Shown: positions 47,773 through 61,200 of the stretch, piece by piece
Position numbering within the stretch: position 1 is the stretch's first letter
Layout of the letters: every line of letters starts with the position of its first letter
Assembly (NCBI RefSeq): GCF_004010195.1
Contig: NC_057750.1
Span: forward strand, 3,649,450-3,713,449
Direction of reading: 5' to 3'
Length of the DNA: 64,000 nt
Origin: Chiloscyllium plagiosum
Lineage: Eukaryota
The notes under the pieces: generated by a model
What the model was told of the DNA's origin: nothing
What the model saw: the letters and a program-made list of their open reading frames with translations, nothing else
The model's database searches: none
Translations under genes and position numbers: made by a program

Positions 47773-49449
47773 CTGGAACAAAAAACATTCTCATTAATTT
47801 ATGTACACTTGAAAAAGTCTGCACATCCTTTAAAATTTGCTTTATCATTAGACCTCAGCCAACCACAAAATATCCTGAGAGGGCCCACCTTTCCACCAAA
47901 ACTCAAGAGTAGCAATCTAACCATATCTGTTGCATATCAAATCCTGGATTCGGAAGGTAGGAACAGCGTGAAGCCATTCAGCCTCTCTAGTCTGTTGTAC
48001 CATTCAGTTAGATCATGATTGATATGTATTTTAACTGCCTTCGGTGGTTCCTTGACCCCCTATTGCCCTTTCCTCAAAAAAAATGTACCAGTCTCAGTTT
48101 GGAAATTTTCAATAAGCTCCAGCCTCAATAATGTTTTGCAGGTGTGTGTTTCAGATTTCCACTACCCTTTGCATGAATAAATGTTTCCTGACATCACACA
48201 AACACAATTAGCTCTGAATTTAACATTAGGTTCTCTTGTTTTGAATTTCCCAACCGGAGGACATATTTTTTATCTATCCTATCTAATCCTAATAATTTAA
48301 AATAAGTTATATTGCCTTCAATCTTTTATACTCAAATGCAGATTAACTGAGTTGTTACAGTGCAGAAAGCGTCATTCTGTGCAACCTCCTCTTATAATTT
48401 AACCCTTTAAGCCCTGATACCAATCAAGTGAACCTACACTGCACCCATTCCAAGACTAATATTGAGTTCTTGGTCCGTTGATACAGATAGGATTTCTTGA
48501 AGACTACAAATCAGGTACACAACCTTCACACCCAACTCCCATATGGATATCTGATGCAGGAACCACAATTTCCAAAAGATCTAAATGTTTAAGGGCTCTA
48601 ATTGACTCCAATCTTAGACCACTCAGATACAATGGAAGAAATCATAACTCTCCAATAACCAGGTAAATGAAGAGGAAAATTGTCATGATCTAGAATGCAC
48701 TGTTGCAAAAGGTGGAAGAAACAGATTCAAATAATAATTTTTAAATGCAGTTGGATAAATAGTTGAAAGGAAAGGTTCACAGAGCTTTGGGGAAAGAGCA
48801 TGGGTCAATTAAACTAATTGGATAAAAAACCAGTGAAGGTACAAAGGATCAAGTGACCTCATCCCATGCTGAATGCTTCTGAGAAAGCTTATATTAATCA
48901 CTTGTGAAGTTCTCATGTTGGCTTATTCTGTGCAGTACTGGTTCTTAGAGGTTTATGAGAATATATCCCATTTTGGGAAACTCCCTTATATCTGGGAAGG
49001 TGACAGCACTAGCAAGAAGGTTCTGCAGCTCAGCCTAGATTCTTTCTGTAGACATGGAAGCAGGTCGTGTACCTGTTAGATGATATCATAACATGTAATA
49101 TTCCAGTATAAAGGTCCCAACCTTACCTTTATTGTTGTGCTTACTGTGTATTTGCACTGTGTGGTCAGCAATGTTATGATCCCAGCTGACTGTAATACTG
49201 GATAAGTACGTTTTCAAAGTGAAACCTGGCTTGATGGATCATAAGTTTTATTTTTGCAATTTTGTTACCATGGTGGTCAGGACTGAGCATAGTCACATGA
49301 GGTTGTCAATGTACTTTTAAACAAAAATATCATGTCTATTACACAAAAAAATCCTTATCACAAACAGCAAACAGATAGATTTAACCCCTTTACCCAGCTT
49401 CATACTATACAGGCTGTATTGAGACTGTTAAAACAGCACATCTCAGGAT

Positions 49450-50585
49450 TACTATTGGTGCCACAGGGTAGTGAGAAGAGAAACAGTGAGCAAGTGCAGC
49501 TAAATACGTGGCTACTGGTGCAGGAGAGAGGGCTTCAGATACGCAGATCATTGGGGTACCTTTTGGGGAAGGTGGGACCTCTACATGAAGGACTAGTTGC
49601 ACTTAAACTGGAGGGGCACCAATGTCCTGGGTGGGAGATTAGAGCATTTGGGAGGGTTTAAACTAGTTTGGCAGGGGGTTGGGAACCAGAACTACAGATC
49701 AGAGGAGTTCTGAATAGGCAGAAATAGAATGCAGAGAGTCTGGCAGGTAGGTTGATAAGGCAAAGGCATGGATTAAAGTGTGTCTGTTCCAATGCAAGGA
49801 GTGTCAAGAATAAGAGTGATGAACTTAAAGCATAGGTCAGTACTTGGAACTACGATGTTATGGCCATAACGGAGACATGGATTTCAAAGAAGCAGGAATG
49901 GTTGCTGGATGTTCCAGGGTTTAGATTAGATCTTTTAAAAAGAATAGGTGCGGGGGGGTGGGGGGGAAGCTATTAAACAGGCAGGGAAGTAGCATTGTCA
50001 ATTAGAGGGTATCTCATAGCTGCAGAAAAGGAGGTTGTTAAGAAGGCTTTGTTTACTGAGTCAATATGGGTGGAAGTCAGTAATAGGAAAGGAGCAGTCA
50101 CTTCATTGGGTTTTATCTATAGAACCTCCCAGTAGCAGCAAAGAGATGGAAGAACAGATTGGACAGCAGATCAGCAGATCTTGGAGAGGTGCAGCTGTAA
50201 CAGAGTTGTTGTTATGGGTGACTTCAACTTCCCCGATACTGATTGGAACCTCCTTAGTGCAGATGGTCTGGATGGAGCCAATTTTGTCAGGTGTGTCCAG
50301 GAAGGATTCCCAAATCAATATGACTGGGGGAAGGCCATATTGAATTTGGCACTAGGCAACGAGCCAGGTCTGGTGTCAGATCTCTCAATGGGAGAGCATT
50401 TCAGTGACAGTGACCACAACTGCCTCACCTTTACCATAGCCATGGAAAGGGATAGAAATAGACAGTATGGGAAGGTATTTAATTGAGGGAGGGGACATTA
50501 TACTGCTATTAGGCAGGAGCTGTGGAGTATAAATTGGGATCAATTGTTCTATGAAAAATGCACAACAGAAATGTGAGGCTGTTTA
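49450..50585 (+). mobile_element. CR1 LINE 5' part (ORF1 end + APE endonuclease)
   Basis: VVVMGDFNFPDTDW...GEHFSDSDH. Confidence 0.85.
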
Positions 50586-50842
50586 TGAAGCAAGAGAGGT
50601 GACTTGATAGAGGTGTTAAATCTGCTGATAAGGATCTTTCTTATATATCAAACTGGCAGTCACTAGACTTCCAACAGCATAATAAATAGATTATTTTCAA
50701 AGGTAACCTTTAAAAAATGAATAATATTTTCTGCACCTGTATTCCCCTATAGAAATCCCATCCATATTAATATTAAATAAGTGTTACACATGAATGGGAC
50801 AATTAACAGTAATTGCATTAGCGAAATAGAAAGATTTTTGAT

Positions 50843-51117
50843 GCAAGGTTTAAGGTGAGGGGGAAAGATTCAAAAGGATATAAGGGGCAACATTATCACA
50901 CAGAGGGTGATGTGTGTATGAAATAAGCTACCAGAGGAAGTGGTGGAGGCTGGTCACAACATTTAAAAGGCATCTGATGGGTATATGAATAGGAATGGTT
51001 TGGAGGGATATGGGCCAAATGCTGGTAAATGGGACTAGATTAATTTAGGATATCTGGTCGGCATGGACGAGTTGGACCGAAGGGTCTGTTTCCATGCTGT
51101 ATAGCTCTATGACTCTA
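50843..51117 (+). mobile_element. CR1 LINE 3' end
   Basis: Matches 55-340. Confidence 0.88.
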
Positions 51118-51936
51118 AATGGAATTACTGTTACATTCCATTGAAAAATCAAAGCCAGGCAAAAAGATCAATCACCTCAAAGGCCTAGCCCTATATAAGG
51201 AGGGACACTTAAATGTAGTTGAGGTCCACCACCCTCAGATGATCACTGCAAATTATTATTTTGTTGAAGAAACTCCTGCGGCATGATGGAATGTTCAATT
51301 GAGGAGGGAACAAGAAAGATCAGAGAGCTAGGAAGATGAAGGTGAGGAAGGCCTTCACTATATTTCATGCACTGGGGGCATGGTAGCCAAGACATTATGT
51401 TACAGGACTAACCGACTCAGAAACCTGGAATAATGATCTGAAGGCATGAATTAAAATTCCAGTCAGGCAACTCAGGGATTCAAATTCAGTTAACTAAATA
51501 AAAACTCAAGAATTAAAAAATATGTTAGTAAGGGTAGCCATGAAACTATCAGGTTGTCATAAAAATCCATCTGGTTCTCTGATGCCCTCCTTATGTCTTT
51601 GTAAACACTTTACCTCCTCTTCACACCTCATTTTCCTACCTTTATTGGTGTCGTTGGCAAGTTTAATTATCATACATGGAATCCCTTTGGCTAATTCATT
51701 GATATAAATTATAAATAGCATAAATATATAAACAGCACTAATTCTTGTGGCATTTTTTTTCTTCTCTTGTGGAAGTCACTGGCTGGCTAGCATTTATTGC
51801 CCATCCCTAGTTACCCTAGAGAAGGCAGTGGTGAGCTTCTTTCTTGAGTCACTGCAGTCCACCTGTAGGTTGACCCACAATGTCCTTAGGGAGGGAATTC
51901 TGTATTTTGATCCAGCAATGAAGGAATGATGATATA

Positions 51937-52825
51937 CCGAGGAACTTCGATTATCCGAATATCAATTATCCGAATATCAGATTATACAAAGGGGATCTCA
52001 AGGTCCCGATAGAAACATTACATTAAAGAGCTGTTTCAACCCTAATTGCGTCGTTTTTTACTGGTACAATGATTAAAAACAAACTCGGCTCACTAAAATG
52101 CTGCTGAGAACAGTCCTGGACAGTCCAGGCACCATCTCCAAATGATTGACCCCCCACCCTCTCTCTTCTCCTACACTTTCCCTGGAGTTCTACACAGGGG
52201 TGCACTCTAAACCCCTCTTCCCCAGATAATCTCTCCAACATTATCCTGTACAGGGCAAATGTGGAACCTGTCAAAACATTGCAGTAAAAAGGTGCGTGCA
52301 GCGTGCTATTTCGAGACTTACCCCACAAAGCCAGCAGCAGTCTTAGTGTTGGTGTACAGTCCAGCTGCCCTGGGTGTTAGGATGGGCATTGGACGGTGGG
52401 TGGGAATGGATGGGGTTGCGGGGTTGGTGCTGCAGTGTTGGGGGCGGGCGCTGGTGCAGGGTTGGTGCGGGCGGGGACAGACGGGGGTGCAGAGTTGGAC
52501 AGGGTTTGGAGGTNNNNNNNNNNNNNNNNNNNNNNNNNNNNNNNNNNNNNNNNNNNNNNNNNNNNNNNNNNNNNNNNNNNNNNNNNNNNNNNNNNNNNNN
52601 NNNNNNNNNNNNNNNNNNNNGACGGGCGGAATGTGGGTGGGGAGGCGGGGTGGGAGCAGATGGGGGGTGGGGTCTCGTGTACAGTGTGCTTTCGCCTAGT
52701 CTCCTGAACGAGGAGCAGACTTCACAGAAAACTCCGAGCCCAGGAGGAAATCAATTAACCAAATAATCAATTATCCGAATGAAATAGTGCCCGCCCATCT
52801 CGTTCAGATAATCGAGGTTCCTCTG
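51937..52825. mobile_element. Non-autonomous Tc1/mariner (Tigger/pogo-like) DNA transposon
   Basis: 23-bp TIRs CCGAGGAACTTCGATTATCCGAA / CAGAGGAACCTCGATTATCTGAA (20/23), TA duplicated on both sides, subterminal ATTATCCGAA repeats. Confidence 0.88.
52514..52620. other. Assembly gap (107 N)
   Basis: N run in a G-rich tract. Confidence 1.
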
Positions 52826-53216
52826 TATTTCCAAATCAAGATGGTGAGTGGCTTGGAGGGGAACTTGTAGGCAGTGGTGTGCCCATGTGTCTGCTGCCCT
52901 TGTCCTTCTAGGTGGAAGTAGTCATGGATTTGGAAGGTGCTGTCAAAGGAGCCTTGGTGAACTTCTACAGTGCATCTTGTAGATGGCACATTACTACTGT
53001 GCATCAGTTATGGAGGAAGTGGATGCTTGTGAATGTGGTGCCAATCAAGTGGGCTGCTTTGTCCTGGATGGCGTCAAATTTCTTGAGTGTTTGGAGCTGC
53101 ATCCATCCAGGCAAGTGGGGATTATTCCATTACACATCTGACTTCTGCCTTGTAGATAGTGGACAGGCTATGGGTAGTTAGGAGATGAGTTATTCACCTC
53201 AGTATTTATAGCCGCT

Positions 53217-53442
53217 ATCTAGAGAGTGGTGCTGGAAGAGCACAGCAGGTCAGGCAGCATCCGAGGAGCAGGAGAGTTGATGTTTCGAGCAAAAGCCCTT
53301 CATCAGGATTCCAGATGAAGGGCTTTTGCCTGAAAAGCCGATGCTCCTGTTCCTCAGATGCTACCTGACCTGCTGTGCTTTTCCAGCACCACACTCTCAA
53401 CTCTGGTCTATAGCATCTGCAGTCCTCACTTTCACCTAGTAG
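53217..53442. mobile_element. Palindromic PLE-derived mini-element with hammerhead motifs
   Basis: TSD atttatagccgct / atttatggcctct (53204-53216, 53443-53455); minus strand CUGAUGA-A-GGGC-uuuu-GCUC-GAAA-CAUC. Confidence 0.82.
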
Positions 53443-54680
53443 ATTTATGGCCTCTGAGCTGTTCTTGAAGCCACTGTATTAATATGGCAAGTCCAGTTGA
53501 GTTTCTGGTCAGTGGTAACCCTGAGGATGTTCATCGTGGGGTTATTTAGTGATGATAACATAATTGAATGTTAATGGTTAGAGAAGGTCATTGCTAGTAT
53601 TTGTATGGCATGAATGTTACTTGCCAATGGTCAGCCCAACCTGGATAGTGTCCAGATCTTGTTGCATTTGAATGTGCACTGCTTCAGAACTAAGGAGTCA
53701 TGAATGCTGCTGAATATTGTGCAATCATCAGTGAACATCTGTATTTTTGACCTTATGATGGAGGGCAAATTATTCATGACGCAGCTGAAGATAGTTGGGC
53801 CTAGGACCTACCCTGAGGAACTCCTGCAGAAGTGTCTTGCAGCTAAGATGACTGATCTCCAAGTACCATAAACAATCTAGGACTCCAACCAGCAGAGAGT
53901 TTGCCCCTTAATACTTATTCATTCCAATTTTTCTAGGGTTCTTTGTTGCCACACTCAATCGAATGCAGCTTTGATGTCAAGGACTGTCACTCTCACCTCA
54001 CCTCTGGAATTCAACTTTTTTGTCCATGATTGAAGCAAGGCTGTAATGAGATCAGGAGCTGAGTGGGCCTGGCGGAACTCAGATTGGGTGTCACTGAACA
54101 GATTATTGCTGAGGAGGTGCTGCTTGATGACACCTTCCATCACTTTACTGATGATGAGAGTAAACTAATATGGCGGTAATTGGCCGGACTGTATTTGTCC
54201 TGTTTTTTGTATAGGGGATATATTTGCGCAATTCTCCACATTGTTGCTTAGATGCCAGTGTTGTAACTGTACTGGAACAGCTTGGCCAGTGGAACAGCAA
54301 ATTTTGGAGCTCACGTCTTCAGTATTATTGCAGGAATATTGTCAGGGCCCATAGTCTTTGCAGTACCAAGCGCCTCCAACAATTTCTTGGTATCACTTAG
54401 AATGAATCAAATTGGCTGAAGACTGGTATCTGTGATTCTGGGGACCACTGAAGGAGGCTGAGTTGGACCACCCACTCGGCATTTCTGGCTGAAGGTTGTT
54501 GTGGATGCTACAGCCTTATTTTTGCACTAATGTGTTGGGCTCTTCCATCATCGAGGATGGGGATATCTTTGGAGCCTTCTCCTCCTCCAGTGAGTTGTTT
54601 AACCATCCACTACCATTCGCAACTGGATGTGGCAGGACTGGAGAGGTCCAATCTGTTCATTGTGGGATTGCTTAGCTGTG

Positions 54681-54731
54681 GTAAAAACAATGACTGCAGA
54701 TGCTGGTAACCAGATTCTGGATTAGTGGTGC
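54681..54731 (-). mobile_element. 51-bp PLE terminal micro-insertion
   Basis: GACTGCAGATGCTGG...GTGGTGCT matches PLE termini; 18-bp direct repeat TGGGATTGCTTAGCTGTG (54663-54680, 54732-54749). Confidence 0.75.
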
Positions 54732-55839
54732 TGGGATTGCTTAGCTGTGTCTATCACTTGCTGTATATGCTGTTTCGCATGCAAGTAAGTCTGTTTGGTA
54801 GCTTCACCAGGTTGAAACCTCATTTTTAGGTATGCCTGCCACTGCTCCTGACATATCCTCCTACACTTTCTATTGATCCCCTAGCTTGATGGTAATGTTT
54901 GAGTGGGGGATATGCCATGCCACAAGGTGCAGATTGTGTTAGAGTACAGTTCTGCTGCTGTTGGTGGCCCATAGCACTTTGTGGCTGCCCTGTCTTAAGT
55001 TGCCAGCCTGTCTCATTTAGCATAGTGATAGTGCCACACACACAATGGAGGGTATTCTCAATGTGAAGGAGGGACATCATCTCCAAAAGGACTATGTAAT
55101 GGTTACTCTTACTGATAGTGTCATGGACAGATGCATTTGCAGCCAGCAAATTGATAAGGATGAGGCCAAGTATATTTTTCCATCACGTTGACTCCCTCAC
55201 TACCTGCCACAGACTCATTTTAGCAGGTATGACCTTTAGCACTCAGTAGTACTACTCCTGAGCCACTCTTGGTAATAGACATTGAAATCCCCCACCAAGA
55301 GTACATTTTGCGTCCTTGCCACCCTCAGTGCTTCCTCCAGGTGTTGTTCAACAAGGAGGAGTACGGATTCATCAGCGGAGGGAGGACAGTACACAGCAAT
55401 CAGCCAGAGGTTTTCTTCCCCATGTTTAACCTGAAGCTATGAACTTAATTGGATCTGGAGTCAATGTTGAGGACTCTCAGAGCAACTTCCTCCTGACTGT
55501 ATACACTATGCCGCCACCTCTGCTGGGTTTGTCCTGCCAGTAGAACAGGACATATCCAAGGATGGTGATGGTGTTGTCTAGGACATTGTCTGTCAACTTT
55601 GATTCCGTGAGTATGACTGTGTCACACTGTTGCTTAACTAGTTTGTGTAACAGTTCTCCAATTTTGGCACTAGCCCCCAGATATTAATACGGAGGATTTA
55701 CAGAGTCCCCTGGGCTGTTTCTGTCATTGTCTTTTCCAGTGCCTAGGTCGATGCCAGGTGATCTGTCTGGTTTCATTTCTTTGTTGAGACTTCATAGTGA
55801 TTGATACGACTGAGTGGCTTGCTTGGCTATTGCTATGCT

Positions 55840-58100
55840 ATTTTCCAATCCTCTGGGACTCTTCTAGAAATGAAGGAATTTTGAAAGATTATAACTAATG
55901 CATCTCTGCAACCACCACTTTCAAGATTCTAGGACGGTAGCTATCTTGTCCTGGGAACTTACCAAAGCTTTCCCTGGCAGCTTTTCCCTCATGATGCTGT
56001 TTGTTTTGAGTTCCTCCGTTGTGTTCACCTCTTGACTTTCAAGTACCTTTAGGATGTTTTCTAAGTCTTAACTCTTCTGCCATAGCCTTGTTTATTTTCT
56101 ATTATCAATTATATATGGAGGAGGCTATTTAAGTTTGCTTCCCTATTCAATAAAATCATGGTTGATCTGTTTGTACTTTGAAATCCACATTTCAATGTAG
56201 CCCAATAACCTTGATTCTCTTGCTTAACAAGAATCCATCTCCATCCGTCTTAAAAATATTCAATTACCCTGCTCCTATCATCTTCAGTGGCAGAATTCTA
56301 AAGTCACACAACCCTCTGAGAAAAAGAAATTCTCATCTCCAATAAAAAGGACAACCTTTAAAACATTGCTTTCAAGTTCTGGATTCACCCACAAGAAAAA
56401 AAAATCAATTTCAAATCCACCTTGTCAAAACCATTCAGGATCTTAATACCCTTCCAGCAAGACACCCTCACTCTTCTACACTGTCGTAGAAACAAGCCCA
56501 CTATGTCCAACCTATCCTCATACCCATCCATTCTAGGTATCAAACTAGCAAACCTCAAACAAAGTGCCTCTAATACATTGACATCCTTAAAATAAGGAGA
56601 TTAAACTGTACACAGTTTTAAGATGAGGTCTTACTAATGCTCTATAACCGAAGAAAAACACTTTTCAGTTTAATTCCTCTCTAATGAAGCATAGTACCCC
56701 ATTAGCCTTCTTGATTACATGATGTACATGCTTACTAATTTTTTTGTGATTTAAACATTAGATCACTCGCACATGAATTCCACAGTGATTCTCCCTTTAA
56801 GTAATATCAGCTTTTTCATTCTTTCTTCCAAAGTAAACAACTTCATATTTTCCCATATTGTGATCCACCTGTCAAGCTTCTGTCCACTCAATCAATCTTT
56901 CTTGGGCTTATGCAACCACCTTCTGTCTTTGTCACAATATATTTTGCTATTTATTGTTGTGTCATCTGCAAAATTTAGCTTCCGCCCCTTCACACTCCTC
57001 ATCTAAGATATTGATGTAAATTATAAAAAATTGAGGCAGCAGCACAGACAGCGCAGAACTCCATTCATCAAATCCATCCAGTCATACAAATCAGCTGTTT
57101 AAGCGGATGTTGTTTTCTGCAAATCAGCCAATTTTCTGTCCAGGCTAATATGACACCATGAGCTTTAATTTACCACAGTAACCTTTGGTATGACACTTTA
57201 TAAAATGCCTTCTAGAGATATGTGTACAGTACATCTGTAGGCAAATCTCCACAATACCAGTTACTCCTTCAGAGAACTGCACTAAATTAGTTAAACATGA
57301 TTTTCCTTTCACAAAATTATGCTGACTCTTCAATTACTCTATGACTTTGAGTTTTTTCTAAGTGTGCAGCAATTACCTGTTTAATGATTGATTCTAATAC
57401 CTCCCCCATGACAGACACCAAGATAACTGACTTATAGTTTCCAGATTTCTACCTCCATTCCTATGCTTGCTACTTTCCAGTCTGATGGAGCCTTTCCTGA
57501 ATCTAGGAAATTTTGGAAAATTGACTGCAACATAATTACAACCTCACAAACCACCCCTTTTAAGAACTTAGGATGAAATCCATCTGGACCCAGAGACTTA
57601 TCAAATCACAGCTCCATCAGTTTGGTTAATAGACCCCTAGTGATTTGAATTTCACTAAGTTCTTCTCTCGATTCCACCTCCTGATGTACAGCTACTGCTG
57701 GAATTTTTTTTTTCTATTATTCATAGTGAAGACAGAAGCAAAATGTTTGTTCAGTTCACCCACCATTTCCTTATTATCTACATTAATTCCCCATTTTTAC
57801 TCTGCAGAAGACCAATACTCATTTTTTCTTACTCTTTTCATTTTTAAATATATATGTAGGAACTTTCGCTTTTCATTTTTACAGTTCTAGCTAGCTTCTT
57901 CTTATACTAACTTTTTTCCTCCTATTAACCTTTCAGTCATTCTTTGCCATTCTGTATACTTGGATCAATTATCTGACCTGCCACTCATTTGAGTGCAGTT
58001 ATATGCTTTTTCCTTAAGTTTGATGGTTTCCCTAACTTATTTCGTTCACCAAGAATGGTGGATCCTCCATTTAGATTGTTTTTAACAGTAGGAATATACT
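55840..58100 (-). mobile_element. Old CR1 LINE fragments
   Basis: SQHNFVKGKSCLTNLVQF and degenerate 3' regions. Confidence 0.7.
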
Positions 58101-58709
58101 TATTCTGACTATTCTCAAATACTCCTTCTGAATAGATTCTATTCTGTCTGTTAGTATGCTAATTCACTAGCTAATTCAGTTTTCTTACCTTCATTTATTT
58201 CTTCCTTTATTCACTCTCTTACAGCATAATTACTGTAGGGGGGAGTTCTATAAACTACTCCCACAAATAAATAAACACTTACCTTTCTATTTCATATCGC
58301 TGCCAAAACTAATTCTGTATTTTGCTCTTTCACATTAGGGTCATCTCTCACTACTGTACTGTACTGATCTCATCTTTAATGGACAGAGCTACTCTACCAT
58401 TTGAAATGACAAATACCCTTCAATATTCCAGTCCCAGGCTTGGTCAGCTTGCACACATTCACTGTAACGGCTATCAAGTCATACATATTTATTTCAATTT
58501 GGGCTAACAATTCATTTTTGTTAAAAATGCTGCTTAATTCAGATACAGGACGTTTAACTCTTGCATTTTACAATTACTTCATTCTCTGACTCTGCTAGTA
58601 TAATCTTAAGTTTATATTCTCTCCACCTTGCTGTCACACAGGGGGTTTCAATACTCAAATCACTAAACTGTTTTATTGCATTGTCAGTTCCCTCTAACTT
58701 ACCACGTTG

Positions 58710-59640
58710 GCTGAGGAATAGCAGATGGAGTCTAATTTAGATAAATGTAAGGCATTGCATTTTGGTAAGGCAAACCAGGGCAGGATCCGTACACTTAATG
58801 GAAGGGCCCTGAGGAGTATCACTGAACAAAGATGCCTAGTGGTGCAGGTGCACAGTTCTTTGAAACTGGAGTCGCAGGTAGACAAATGGGCATTTGGAAA
58901 GCTTGCTTTCATTGGTCAGAACATTGAGTATAGGAGTTGTGACATCATGTTGCAGCTGTACTGTACATTGGTGAGGAAACTTTTAGAATACTGCGTACAA
59001 TTCTGGTCGCCCTTCTACAGGAAGCAAGTTGTTAAACTTGAGGGGGCAGAAAAGATTTTTTAGCGTGTTGCCAGGACTGGAGGGTATGAGTTATAGGGAG
59101 AGGCTGAATAGGCTGGGGCATTTTCCCTGGAGTGGAAGCTGAGGGGTGACCTTATAGATGTTTATAAAACCATGAGGGGTATGGATAGGGTGAATAGCCA
59201 AGGTCTATTTCCAAGGGTGGGGAAGTCCAAACTAGAGAGCATCGATTTAAGGTGCGAGGGGAAAGATTTAAAAAGGACCTGAAGGGTAACTTTTTCCACA
59301 CAGAGGGTGGTGTGTGTATGGAATGAGTTGCCAGAGAAAGTGGTGGAGGCTGGTACAATTACAACATTTACAAGGCATCTGGATGGGTACATAAATAGGA
59401 AAGGTTTAGAGGGCTATAGGCCAAATGTTGGAAAATGATTTAAAAAGTTGGGACATCATGTTGAAGGTTGTACAAGGCATTGGTGAGGCCTCTTCTGGAA
59501 TACTGTGTACAGTTCTGGTCACCCTGTTAGAGGAATGGTATTATTAAATAGGAAAAAGTTCAGAAAAGATTTACCAGGATGTTGCCAGGAGTGGAAGTTT
59601 TGAGTTATATAGGTAGGTTGGATAGATTGGGATTTTGAGT
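58710..59640 (+). mobile_element. CR1 LINE 3' portions (two pieces)
   Basis: DKCKALHFGK...LLEYCVQFWSP. Confidence 0.88.
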
Positions 59641-59642
59641 CA

Positions 59643-60162
59643 GAGAGTCATATAGATGTACAGCACGGAAACAGACTTTTCGGTCCAACTTGTCCATGCT
59701 GACCAGATATCCCAACCCAATCTAGTCCCACCTCCAAAACCTTCCTATTCGTATACCCATCTAGATGTCTTTTAAATGTTGTAATTGTACTAGTCTTCAC
59801 CACTTCCTCTGGCAGCCCATTCCACACGCACATCACCCTCTACATGAAAAAGTTGCTCCTTAGGTCACTTTTGTATCTTTCCCCCTCACCCTAAACCAAT
59901 GCTCTCTAGTTCTGGACTCCCCCACCTCAGGGAAAAGACTTTGTCTATTTACCGTATCCATGCCCCTCATGATTTTATAAACCTCTATAAGGTCACCCCC
60001 TCAGCCTCCAATGCTCCAGGGAAAACAGCGCTAGCCTATTCAACCTCTCCCTAGAGCTCAAATCCTCCAACCCTGGCAACACCCTTGTAAATCTTTCCTG
60101 ACCCTTTCAATTTTCACAACATCCTTCCAATAGGAAGGAGACCAGAATTGCACGCAATATTC
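59643..60162 (-). mobile_element. CR1 LINE 3' end (young subfamily) nested in opposite orientation
   Basis: Reverse complement of 33325-33872. Confidence 0.9.
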
Positions 60163-60988
60163 ATTTGTTCATTGGAGGAAGGAGATTGAGGGATAACCTT
60201 AAGGAACTTTATAAAATGACGTAGATAACGTGAAGAGCAAGGGTTCTTTTCCTAGGATGTGGGTTTCAAAGCTATGAGGCATATTTTTAAGATGAGAGGA
60301 GAAATATTTAAGAAGGAAATGAGGGGCAATGGATTTACACATGGAGTAGTTCGCACGTGGAATGAACTGCTAGAGGAAGTGGTGGCTGCAAGTACAGTTA
60401 CAAAGTTTAAAAGACATTGGATAAGTACATGAAAAGAAAGGTTTGGAGGGATATAGGCCAAATGCAAGCATTTACTGTATGATTCTGACCTTATGGTGGC
60501 ATAGCCAACAACCACCACATCCCATGAACAAATAAAAGAAAAGTAAAAGTCTATGTTACCTTCAAGGTTCTGCTTTTTCAATCTAACACCAACATTAAAC
60601 AGAAACTCTTTCCAAGTCCTATCTATGTCCTCAGTCCTATACGGACTACAACAACTGAAACCTCTCCCTCTCACTCCGAGTTTCTGTCCAGATCAAGGCA
60701 AATATCTCAAATCCTGGCACTGGGCAGGCAACACAAACTTCTCAGCTCATGCTGTCAGCTACTGAACACTGTTTGTATATGTCTTACTACCACAACATTA
60801 CTATTTATTCCCTCCAAATAAATGACTTCCTGTACCATGGAGCCATAGTCAGTTCACTCATCCACCCTGCAGCCATGGTTTTCATTGATACAACCTACCA
60901 GAACCTTGAACCAGTTGGGCAATTGCAAGAGCTGAGATATCCGAATTCTATGTTCTTGGTCCCTTTATCTGTCTCATGTGCAATAACA

Positions 60989-61200
60989 GGAGAAAGTGAG
61001 GACTGCAGATGCTGGAGACCAGAGTTGAAAAATGTGGTGCTGGAAAAACACAGCAGGCCAGGCAGCATCCAAGGAGCAGGAGAATCGACGTTTCGGGCAT
61101 AAGCCCTTCTTCAGGAATGAGCTCATTCCTGAAGAAGGGCTTATACCCGAAACATCGATTCTCCTGCTCCTCAGAATGCTGCCTGGCCTGCTGTTTCACT
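60989..61200. mobile_element. Palindromic PLE-derived mini-element with back-to-back hammerheads
   Basis: Centre AGGAATGAGCTCATTCCT; left arm matches 22824-22955; TSD tgcaataaca / tgcaaaaaca (60979-60988, 61201-61210). Confidence 0.88.
61082..61117 (-). ncRNA. Intact minimal hammerhead ribozyme motif
   Basis: Same core as 22917-22952: CUGAAGA-A-GGGC-uuau-GCCC-GAAA-CGUC. Confidence 0.7.

Larger units (their letters stand above)
51745..55830 (-). mobile_element. CR1/L2-group LINE (second family), about 4 kb with nested insertions
   Basis: Collinear with 15125-18732; FRQAHSAPDLITAL...VLDIKAAFD. Confidence 0.88.

Noticed and set aside
60989..61200. Hairpin elements as DNA-transposon MITEs or miRNA precursors
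   Set aside because: Asymmetric arms, long variable TSDs and a match to a GIY-YIG PLE terminus favour a Penelope origin; miRNA status cannot be judged from sequence.
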